DNA from: Alphaproteobacteria bacterium
GTDB lineage: Bacteria > Pseudomonadota > Alphaproteobacteria > JAGPBS01
Direction: 5' to 3'
DNA length: 64,000 nt
Assembly: GCA_018063245.1 (NCBI GenBank)
Contig: JAGPBS010000001.1
Coordinates: 8-64,007, forward strand
Positions 8,600 to 16,585 of this stretch are shown piece by piece (the stretch's first letter is position 1; the number at the start of each line of letters is the position of its first letter). The position numbers and the translations under genes were made by a program. Below the pieces are notes generated by a model. The model was not told where the DNA came from. It saw only the letters and a program-made list of their open reading frames with translations, and searched no databases.

Positions 8600-9543
8600 T
8601 ATTTTTTCCTTTTTAGAGTTGGTGACTCTGTCATTTCTTGATCAGGGCAGACGTCAAGGAGTCGGATGCCTCTGACAGTTGTTTGATCTGGATCTTTGTA
8701 TTGTGCCAGATAATCTTCTAATAAAACATCTACAACTTGTTTAGGCTCATTTGAGGTTGCATGACGGAAACGAACTTGTCCATCATAGGCTCTGATTGTA
8801 AAACCAAGATGAGAAATCACAAGATCAGTTCCTGTGGACTCTTTCATGTTCCAATTGGGTCTGACAATCCAGAGGATTGTTCCTGTTTCGAGGAGTTTCA
8901 GTTTTTCAGGATTTTGGAGAAGATCTTGAATCGATAAGTAAGGGCAGGAAACGTTTTCACCTTTTAAACAATCGGGCATTTGATTATCATCTATCATTTT
9001 TTGAAGGAGGGCATCCCATTCTTCGCGTGAGTTAACTTTGTATTCTTTTTTGAGCTCATCAAAATGGGACTTTTCAAAAAAGCCCTTTGGGTCAGCAAAG
9101 GATTCAGCATGGTGAACTTGAATTTGCATTTGCTCTGCATAGCGTTCGGTTACGTCTTTGACAAGGCCTTTTTTGATATTTTCAGGAATCCAGCTTTGTT
9201 CAACAATATGATGACGACGTACGAAACCAACTTGCGCATCTTTATATCGAATTTGGTCCATTACACTCCGAATATTTTTCTCAGAAGCCTTGCGTGAGAA
9301 AGCAAGGACTGTCTCAACATAAGTGACACAATCAAACCCATCGTAACGGATTCTGCGGTCAGAATCATTTAATGGATTCTCAACATAAGGTTTTCCAAGA
9401 TACTGAGAGCTAAGTAATTCAATATCACTGCGTATTGAATCTGATGTTTTTTGTGTTGGCATTGAAAATAATCCTTGAATTGTTTTGTAATCGTTGTATA
9501 TTTCAGTAGGAGGCTTGGTTCTCATTTTAAATAATCTTCTCAC
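8599..9543 (-). CDS. hypothetical protein, possible papain/NlpC-P60-like cysteine hydrolase (tentative; family not identified)
   Basis: 314-aa ORF with YDGFDCVTYVETVLAF, a Cys-nucleophile-like motif. First gene of the minus-strand operon. The true start may be an internal Met (9525 or 9462). Confidence 0.4.
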   Translation of the reverse strand: MRRLFKMRTKPPTEIYNDYKTIQGLFSMPTQKTSDSIRSDIELLSSQYLGKPYVENPLNDSDRRIRYDGFDCVTYVETVLAFSRKASEKNIRSVMDQIRYKDAQVGFVRRHHIVEQSWIPENIKKGLVKDVTERYAEQMQIQVHHAESFADPKGFFEKSHFDELKKEYKVNSREEWDALLQKMIDDNQMPDCLKGENVSCPYLSIQDLLQNPEKLKLLETGTILWIVRPNWNMKESTGTDLVISHLGFTIRAYDGQVRFRHATSNEPKQVVDVLLEDYLAQYKDPDQTTVRGIRLLDVCPDQEMTESPTLKRKK

Positions 9544-9553
9544 TTAAGTATAG

Positions 9554-10558
9554 ATGATCGGGGTCATGAAAGTAAATACACCTTCAATGATTAAAATTAG
9601 ACACCTGGATGATAAAGGTGAATGTGTGCCGGGGCCGCTTCCTCAGACACGCAAAGTGAGTGGGAAAAATCATCATCATCAAAAAAGTTACGAGTGGATT
9701 CATCTGGAATCTCTGGATGAAGAAAATATTGCATGGCTTGAAGCAGAATCTAACATTCCGAAAGATATTCTGGAAAGCTTTATTACTGAGGACAGCCGGG
9801 CACGTTTAACGATATTTCCTGAAGGGATCTTTATTGTTTTAAAAGCTCTCAATTATGATCCGGGCCATGATATCGATGAAATGGCATCGATTCGTCTTTG
9901 GATTGATGATAATAAGCTGATTTCATCCCGCGTTCACAGAACAGGGACCTTTGAATACATAGAAGATAAGATTCGCCATAATAAATCGCCCAAGTCAATC
10001 GGGGAGATCATCATTATGATCGTCCAGAAGATTTATGATGAAATGGAAGAAACCATTCATGGTCTTGATGACAAGATTTATAAGATTGAGCAAAAGCTTC
10101 TTGATGATGAGGCTGATTATGAGCCTGGCGATTTTATCTCGTACCGCTTATTGAGTATTAACTTGCGTAAGAACTTGGTGCCTGAAATGTCTGTGCTGCA
10201 TGGTCTTGCGAATAGTGAGTTGACTTTTTTATCAAAGCAGCAGCGTTTGGTTCTAAAAGAACATACAGAATATTTCACTAAGCTGTTAGAGACTCTAAAT
10301 ACTTGCCGCGAGCGTTTGCACTATATCCAAGACGAGCGCGCAAATAAACTAACACAAAAAGTGAACTACAACATTTATGTGCTGTCAGTGATTACGGTTT
10401 TCTTCTTGCCACTCACCTTCTTTACAGGCCTATTAGGGATGAACTTGGCAGGTATCCCAGGAGCAGGCTCAGATAGCTCCTTTATATTCTATACCCTGAT
10501 TCTTGTTGCATTAGGCCTCGTTGAGCTATGGATATTGCGCAAAATTAAATGGGTGTAA
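9554..10558 (+). CDS. corA: CorA-family divalent cation transporter (CorA/ZntB superfamily)
   Basis: Two C-terminal TM helices with GMN signature FFTGLLGMNLAGIP, a long cytosolic N-domain and an acidic loop. The true start is probably MKVNT (9566) or MIKIRHLDD (9587), because the ORF start leaves only 10 bp between divergent genes. Confidence 0.8.
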   Translation: MIGVMKVNTPSMIKIRHLDDKGECVPGPLPQTRKVSGKNHHHQKSYEWIHLESLDEENIAWLEAESNIPKDILESFITEDSRARLTIFPEGIFIVLKALNYDPGHDIDEMASIRLWIDDNKLISSRVHRTGTFEYIEDKIRHNKSPKSIGEIIIMIVQKIYDEMEETIHGLDDKIYKIEQKLLDDEADYEPGDFISYRLLSINLRKNLVPEMSVLHGLANSELTFLSKQQRLVLKEHTEYFTKLLETLNTCRERLHYIQDERANKLTQKVNYNIYVLSVITVFFLPLTFFTGLLGMNLAGIPGAGSDSSFIFYTLILVALGLVELWILRKIKWV

Positions 10559-10741
10559 GCAATACCAGACGCCATTTTGAAATTCTACTGCTTCCTCCTA
10601 CGCACTGCGTGCTTCGGTGGACAGGTCACTCGTTGCTTACCTGACGCTGATTCATTCATTTGAGAGCAGTTATATTGGGCAATATACATCATCGTCATCG
10701 CTGTAAAGGTCACGTAATTCGTTGATGAAAAGATTAAATTC

Positions 10742-10865
10742 CGTCACTCAGAGGGCTCCTGCGGGAGCCCGTGGAGTCTCTGTAGTCTCTCAAAAGAAAT
10801 TGCACTCAGTTGTTAATTAGATGAGATTCCACGTCACCCCTTTTGGGGGTGACTCTGAATGACGG
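10742..10865 (+). repeat. type-A palindromic element, copy A2 (within the 10560..10932 insertion)
   Basis: CGTCACTCAGAGGGCTCCTGCGGGAGCCCGTGGAGTCTC...GAGATTCCACGTCACCCCTTTTGGGGGTGACTCTGAATGACGG. Its interior is nearly identical to copy A6 (63072..63194, opposite orientation). Confidence 0.8.
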
Positions 10866-10913
10866 TTCTCAAATTATGAGTTAATCTCATTATGTATCGG
10901 ATCTCTATCTAAA

Positions 10914-10958
10914 AAATTAAATGGGTGTAAGACACGCTATACACCCATTTAATTTTTT
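10914..10958. terminator. bidirectional rho-independent terminator (16-bp perfect stem AAATTAAATGGGTGTA/TACACCCATTTAATTT, 10-nt loop, A-run before and T-run after)
   Basis: Read directly. It serves the minus-strand gene 10998..11429. Its left arm is a duplicate of the corA 3' end at 10541..10559. Confidence 0.7.
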
Positions 10959-10997
10959 AAACCAAAATCTTGTGATTTTGGTGATATCTTTCGTTTC

Positions 10998-11429
10998 CTA
11001 ATCTTTAACTCCCATGAACATGTGCACAACAATACCGCCCACCATAAACACAACAGCCATTGCAAGAAGCCAAACAACTGTTAAGCCAAAGGCGTGGACA
11101 GACATTGTATAGTCAAAAAGACCATAAGCCGCAAATAACAACCAGACATAGAAGCCAAACATGACACCCTTCATTATACCATGATGATCAACAGCATGAT
11201 GAAAGTGATGATAAAGATATGTATAGACATAACCCATGACGAATGCCGCAAAAGGCATGCCATACATTACCATGGTATCACCTGCGGGACGCATAAAGCT
11301 TGCATAATCTGTTAGCATATGTGCGAAGAAGTGGTCAAAGAAGACCCACCACACAACGTAGAACACGAGGCCAAAGCCAAGGCTGGAAAGAACCATTTTA
11401 CCTACTGGATAGTTGGACATAGAACTCAC
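10998..11429 (-). CDS. hypothetical polytopic membrane protein with His-rich loop (HHFHHAVDHHG)
   Basis: About 4 predicted TM helices rich in F/Y/M/W. No family recognised. Confidence 0.5.
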   Translation of the reverse strand: MSSMSNYPVGKMVLSSLGFGLVFYVVWWVFFDHFFAHMLTDYASFMRPAGDTMVMYGMPFAAFVMGYVYTYLYHHFHHAVDHHGIMKGVMFGFYVWLLFAAYGLFDYTMSVHAFGLTVVWLLAMAVVFMVGGIVVHMFMGVKD

Positions 11430-11714
11430 CCCCTCTCCAAGACCATTGCATAATGCCTCTTTTCGGTGATTTTAGCTTTAAGGCTTGTCTACGCTCCTCA
11501 AATATGTCCATATATTCTGCGGTGCTTATCTGCGCCTTTCCTAAAACTCTCTCGAAAATAATCTATTATGCACGCGTCTTTCCCGTTTTCTGGAGGGATT
11601 CGATGCTACCATCTCCCCCTCTTAGTTATATTATATATCATTTTTCATAAAATAACAAATATACCCCTTTTTGTATCATGGGTATATCTTTGATTTTTTT
11701 GTATGTTTTATGGA

Positions 11715-12185
11715 TTATCGTTTTTTGTAAATGGCTTCGCCATAAGATTGTAGAATTTCTTTAAGTTCTTGATTTTCAAATGTATTTATAGATGAGTTGA
11801 TAGTGGATTTATCGGCTTCTGAGAGAGGGTTGGTCTTGATTACATTTTGTTTTAGAGGATTATTTTTGAGGCTTTTGGGATTTGTCATGATTTGTTTGAG
11901 TTTGATAGATCCGACAGCCTGATACCCCATGTAAGAATTGATTTTATCAATTAGGTAAGGGATTTGATATTGGCATTCTGTTGCAAAGTAAGTTTGGACA
12001 GCCAAAGTGACTGTTGCATTGCCTCTTTCGTCTTTCTTGAAATCTATTTTTTCAATCGAACATTTGCTTGCAAAGTCAGTGCCCATGACATTTGGCCAAG
12101 CGATAATTAAGTTACCAAAATCAACACCGATCTTTCCCATTGCATTTTTGGCCAATTTTGGCATGATAGTCGATAGAGCTTTCAT
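11715..12185 (-). CDS. DUF721 / DciA-like protein
   Basis: ~156-aa basic protein, divergent from mutY with only 30 bp between start codons. This position is typical of the DUF721 (COG5389) gene in alphaproteobacteria. The family call is from context plus size and charge, not a strong motif. Confidence 0.45.
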   Translation of the reverse strand: MKALSTIMPKLAKNAMGKIGVDFGNLIIAWPNVMGTDFASKCSIEKIDFKKDERGNATVTLAVQTYFATECQYQIPYLIDKINSYMGYQAVGSIKLKQIMTNPKSLKNNPLKQNVIKTNPLSEADKSTINSSINTFENQELKEILQSYGEAIYKKR

Positions 12186-12215
12186 CTTCTTTCATCATTT
12201 TATAGTGTTGTTATC

Positions 12216-13295
12216 ATGAATCACCAGACCGTTGCCTCAGCACTCTTAGATTGGTTTGATCAATCTGGGAGAAGTTTACCATGGCGCGCTCAAAAAGAGC
12301 AGACAAAAAATCCGTATTTCATTTGGTTATCTGAAATTATGCTTCAGCAAACAACTGTTGCAACTGTTTATGCCTATTTTAATAAGTTTACTCAAAAATG
12401 GCCAACGGTTTTTGATTTGGCAAAAGCTGATATTGATGATGTTTTGAGGGAGTGGGCAGGTCTTGGTTATTATTCCCGCGCTCATAATTTACATAAATGT
12501 GCAAAGGTCATTGTCCAAAAATTTGATGGTATCGTGCCGAGTCTTGAAAAAGAACTTCTTGAGCTGCCAGGTGTTGGTCCTTACACAGCAGCAGCCATCT
12601 CTGCAATTGCCTATGATCAGCCAAATACAATTGTTGATGGAAATGTTGAAAGAGTGATTTCAAGATTGTTTTTGATTGAAGAGCCTTTGCCAACCGCGAA
12701 GCCTTTGATTCGTGAAAAAGCAATGACTTTAACGCCCAAAGTGCGGCCTGGCAATTATGCTGAAGCGATCATGGATTTGGGAGCAACTGTTTGCAAACCT
12801 CAAAAGCCCATGTGTATCTTATGCCCTCTACAGTCATTTTGTAAGGCAACAAAAGTTGGTAGACCAGAGGATTATCCAAGGCGTCTACCAAAATCAGAAA
12901 GACCTGTGCGAAAAGCAACACTATTTTGGGTTGAGTCGGCAGGGCATATCATTTTGAGAAAAAGACCTTTAAAGGGCCTGCTGGGTGGGCTGTGGGAGTT
13001 GCCTTCAACACCGTGGGATACAAAGACATATAAAGCTTATGCTGACAATCCAGATATGGCTCCATTTATGCCCGTTCAAGATGAGGCAATTAAATGGATT
13101 GCTCTCGATGGGTTTGTGACACATCAATTTACGCACTTTCAATTAGAGATGACAATTTTGAAAACAACACTGAACAAACGATCTCAAGAACATGAGTGGG
13201 TGCATTTGCAAAATCTTGATCAATATGCTCTGCCGACGATGATTCAAAAGGCATTAAAATTTGCAAGAAATTCATACGGAAAGATTGGTTCTTAA
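12216..13295 (+). CDS. mutY: A/G-specific adenine DNA glycosylase MutY
   Basis: HhH-GPD region YFIWLSEIMLQQTTVATV, and a 4Fe-4S cluster loop CKPQKPMCILCPLQSFC (C-x6-C-x2-C-x5-C). C-terminal NUDIX-like domain. Confidence 0.9.
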   Translation: MNHQTVASALLDWFDQSGRSLPWRAQKEQTKNPYFIWLSEIMLQQTTVATVYAYFNKFTQKWPTVFDLAKADIDDVLREWAGLGYYSRAHNLHKCAKVIVQKFDGIVPSLEKELLELPGVGPYTAAAISAIAYDQPNTIVDGNVERVISRLFLIEEPLPTAKPLIREKAMTLTPKVRPGNYAEAIMDLGATVCKPQKPMCILCPLQSFCKATKVGRPEDYPRRLPKSERPVRKATLFWVESAGHIILRKRPLKGLLGGLWELPSTPWDTKTYKAYADNPDMAPFMPVQDEAIKWIALDGFVTHQFTHFQLEMTILKTTLNKRSQEHEWVHLQNLDQYALPTMIQKALKFARNSYGKIGS

Positions 13296-13415
13296 GATTT
13301 CCTTGACAATTAGGTTAATATCTTATTAAAATGAGTGGCTATTGAACAGGTATTGACCCTAGATAGCCATGTATTTTAGACGGCAATATTGATATTAATT
13401 TGAAGGACATCGAAG

Positions 13416-14240
13416 ATGAAAAAGACATTACCAATTTTATTGTTAAGCTCAACCATTTTGATGAGCGCTTGTACAGATTTAGGCACTTATTCTGCATCAA
13501 GAGAAATTTACGGTGTTGAGGAATCAGTTTGGTATCAGATGACGCCAGATCAACAGAACCGTGTGATGAATAATTACTTAGCTGAGCAAAAGCGTAAGCA
13601 AAGAGCGCTTGAGCGTCAAAGAGAACAAGATCGCCTTTTTAATTTGAAACTTGAAAATGATCGTCTTAGAAGAGAAAAGGAAGATCACAGAAATGCTGAA
13701 GCAAGACGTGTAAAGTTTGAAAAAGATGCACTTGAACGTCAAAGAAGAGAGCTTGAAGATGCAAGAAGAGACAGTCAAAGACAAACGAGAGCGAATGAGC
13801 ATCAAAGACGTGAGTTGATGAGACTGCAAGATCAACAAAGATTTGAAGAGCAACAAAGAGAAAATCAGCGTCGCGTTCAAAGAGAACAACAGCAACAAAA
13901 TGAAGCAGCGGCAGCTCAAAGGGCACAAGATGAGCGTCGCACAATTGAGCTTCAGCAGAAAGAATTTGATCGCATTGCTCGAGAAAATGCACAACGTCAA
14001 CAGCAACAGCAACAACAAGTCCAGCAGCAACGTGAAGCAGCAGAAAGAGCTCAAAGAGAGCAAAGTGCTATTGAAAGACAAAGAGTAGAATTAGAGCGCA
14101 TTGCACGTGAACATGCAGCTCGTCAGCAACAGCAGCAAGCGCCTCCGGCAGCTGCCCAAGCTCCTGCCGCTGGTCAAGATGAAAACCATCAGCTGCTCGA
14201 AGAGTCTGAGATGTTTGGCACAATGTTTAAAGAAGAGTAG
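13416..14240 (+). CDS. lipoprotein with a long E/R/Q-rich predicted single alpha-helix / coiled-coil
   Basis: Signal peptide plus lipobox LMSAC. About 200 aa of ERQRRELEDARR, QQQQQQQ and REQ repeats. RBS GAAGGA precedes the start. Confidence 0.6.
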   Translation: MKKTLPILLLSSTILMSACTDLGTYSASREIYGVEESVWYQMTPDQQNRVMNNYLAEQKRKQRALERQREQDRLFNLKLENDRLRREKEDHRNAEARRVKFEKDALERQRRELEDARRDSQRQTRANEHQRRELMRLQDQQRFEEQQRENQRRVQREQQQQNEAAAAQRAQDERRTIELQQKEFDRIARENAQRQQQQQQQVQQQREAAERAQREQSAIERQRVELERIAREHAARQQQQQAPPAAAQAPAAGQDENHQLLEESEMFGTMFKEE

Positions 14241-14255
14241 GATCTGTTAATTTTC

Positions 14256-14409
14256 CCTCACTCAGAGGGCCCGTGGAGTCTCAGCAATCTCACCATTTAG
14301 TCATCCTGAACTTGTTTCAGGATCTGGAGATGCTAAAATAAATTCAGCATGACGAGTTAGGTCTTGATAAGATTCCACGCCACCCTTAAGGGGTGGCTCT
14401 GAATGACGA
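14256..14409 (+). repeat. type-A palindromic element, copy A3 (longer; contains an extra internal palindrome)
   Basis: CCTCACTCAGAGGGCCCGTGGAGTCTC...ATCCTGAACTTGTTTCAGGAT...GCATGACGAGTT...GATTCCACGCCACCCTTAAGGGGTGGCTCTGAATGACGA. Confidence 0.75.
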
Positions 14410-14564
14410 TTTTCTAAATTGTTGTTACTGAACGATGAAGGCATATGCAATGACAAAGTGTGCGTTGTTAACAGTTCTTGCCTTTTTAAGATTGTAGCCT
14501 TAGGCGCAATCTGCTAGACTGCCTATGGATACCATTCTTCAGCTAATATAGGAATAAAAGCTTT

Positions 14565-15884
14565 ATGTTCAATTACTTAAAGGTCTATAAAGATCCTCGA
14601 TTGCTCGCTATTGCTTTCTTGGGTATTTCAAGCGGATTTCCTTTGATTCTTGTTGGGGCAACGCTTGATCGTTGGCTTGTTGAAGAAGGGTTGTCAAAAA
14701 CAGGGATTGGTCTTTTTTCTTTTGTTGCTTTGCCTTACATGCTCAAATTTTTATGGGCGCCTTTAATGGATCACATTCACTTGCCTTATTTTGCCAAAAG
14801 ATTTGGCCAAAGGCGAAGCTGGTGCGTGCTCTCACAGATTGGATTGTTTTTCTCGGTTGTTTTACTCGGCACCTCAGATCCTGCAAATCATATATTCCAA
14901 ACAGCTTTTTTTGCCCTACTGGTTGCCTTCTTTAATGCGAGTCAAGATATTGTGATTGAAGCCTTTCGTGTTGAATCTTTAAGCGATCGCCAGCAAGCTG
15001 CTGGTGCTGCGAATATTGTTTTAGGTTACAGAATTGGTATGTTGATATCAGGTGCTGGAGCGCTCTATATGGCTGAGTTTCTATCTTGGCAGGCTGTTTA
15101 TTCACTTGTTGCCTGTGTTAGTTTTGTTGGGATGATCACCATTTTTTATTCTAAAGAACCGGAGGTTTCACCTGATAAGATGATTCGAGAAGAATCTGAT
15201 TCTATGGGTGGTTTTTTGAAAAAAGCTGTGATTCTTCCTTTTGCGGATTTTATGAAAAAACCTTGTTGGGTATGGCTTTTACTCCTTATTGTTTTGTATA
15301 AGGTAGGCGAAGTTTTGCTTGCTAAGATGGCTATGCCTTTCTATACAGAGATTGGTTTTAGTAAGACAGAAATTGCGAGCGTGTCAAAATTTTATGGCCT
15401 CTTTGCCACGATTATTGGTGGGTTGATTGGAGGGGCGATTGCAAGTCGCTTTGGTATTTTGCGATCAATGATGATTTGTGGTATTCCTCAGATGTTGACG
15501 AACCTTTTATATGTATTGCTTGCATACATTGGTTATGATCTGAAAATGCTGATGATTGCAGTGACGCTTGATAATCTAACAGCGGGGATGGCAACGGCTT
15601 GCCTTGTGGCTTTGATGTCACGTCTTTGCACAAAGGGGATTGCAGCCTCGCAATATGCCCTGTTTTCATCTTTCACGGGTATTAGTCATAAATATTTTGG
15701 AGCCTTTAGTGGCTATTTAGCTGATCACATGGCTTGGACAACTTATTTCTTGATCACAACCTTTGCTTGTCTTCCAGGTCTTTGTTTGTTGGGGTGGCTG
15801 ATGGTTAGAAATCACCAGATGCGGTTTTTGCCGGTTGTGATGCCTAGTGCTGAGACCAAAGGGCCTATCACAAGATTTAAATAA
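14565..15884 (+). CDS. ampG: muropeptide permease AmpG (MFS)
   Basis: 439 aa with 12-14 TM helices. Characteristic N-terminus LLAIAFLGISSGFPLILVGATLDRWL. RBS AGGAATAAAAG. Confidence 0.8.
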   Translation: MFNYLKVYKDPRLLAIAFLGISSGFPLILVGATLDRWLVEEGLSKTGIGLFSFVALPYMLKFLWAPLMDHIHLPYFAKRFGQRRSWCVLSQIGLFFSVVLLGTSDPANHIFQTAFFALLVAFFNASQDIVIEAFRVESLSDRQQAAGAANIVLGYRIGMLISGAGALYMAEFLSWQAVYSLVACVSFVGMITIFYSKEPEVSPDKMIREESDSMGGFLKKAVILPFADFMKKPCWVWLLLLIVLYKVGEVLLAKMAMPFYTEIGFSKTEIASVSKFYGLFATIIGGLIGGAIASRFGILRSMMICGIPQMLTNLLYVLLAYIGYDLKMLMIAVTLDNLTAGMATACLVALMSRLCTKGIAASQYALFSSFTGISHKYFGAFSGYLADHMAWTTYFLITTFACLPGLCLLGWLMVRNHQMRFLPVVMPSAETKGPITRFK

Positions 15885-16397
15885 TTAATCCTTATCGCGG
15901 TCATATTTTTGGTAGCGATCTGGTTTTTCAGGAACGCGCTTGTGATAGCGATTTTTGTCTTCATTCCGTTTCTCATTCTGTATTTTTGTATTTTCATCGC
16001 TGAGGTAACGACTTTTGTCGCGGCGTCGTTGTTTTTGATCTTCTTCTTTTTGAAGCTCAGCTGGTGTCTTTGGTTTTTCTTTGGGCGCGAATGGGTCATA
16101 AGCTTCATAAGGGTTTTGTTTCTCAAACGGATCAGCCACATTGTTATCTTGGATTTCTTGCTCTGCTTCAGGGTCAAGGTCTTCAAGACCGCTTGGATTT
16201 TCCTCAGGTGCTTTTTGGGTAGGTATCTCTAATCCACTTGGGTTTTTCTCTTCTGTTGTTTTTGGCGCTGGTTTTTCAAGACCACTTGGATTTTCTTGTT
16301 TTGGCTTTTGATCATCTGCTGTTTCATTCGCAAAAAGATTTTGAGCCGTGCTAAAAAAGGTTGTTGCAGTCAGGAAAAGGAATAGGGATTTTTTCAT
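15885..16397 (-). CDS. secreted protein with three ENPSGLE repeats and a K/R/D/E-rich C-terminus
   Basis: Signal peptide MKKSLFLFLTATTFFSTAQNLFA, so the start at 16397 is more likely than the ORF-track 16457. The repeats are KQENPSGLE, EKNPSGLE, EENPSGLE. Its stop codon directly abuts the ampG stop (convergent, 0 bp gap). Confidence 0.55.
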   Translation of the reverse strand: MKKSLFLFLTATTFFSTAQNLFANETADDQKPKQENPSGLEKPAPKTTEEKNPSGLEIPTQKAPEENPSGLEDLDPEAEQEIQDNNVADPFEKQNPYEAYDPFAPKEKPKTPAELQKEEDQKQRRRDKSRYLSDENTKIQNEKRNEDKNRYHKRVPEKPDRYQKYDRDKD

Positions 16398-16585
16398 GGG
16401 ATTGCTCTTCTGGAAAGATGTTAGGCATATTATACAGATGAATCGTATATAAACCATTACCTCTCATAAATATAAACCTTCTGCATTGTCAATCTTTCTT
16501 TATTTATTTCTATTAAAATGAAAAAGAGAAAGTCTTTTTAATAAGTGCGGTGCTTGTTCATCGAAGATACGAGGAGGAGAGCCTT

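Noticed and set aside
13578-14088. Antisense and alternative-frame ORFs (167, 108, 81 aa) within the E/R/Q-rich lipoprotein gene
   Set aside because: Low-complexity repeat DNA is open in many frames, and none has an RBS. The sense frame has a signal peptide and lipobox.
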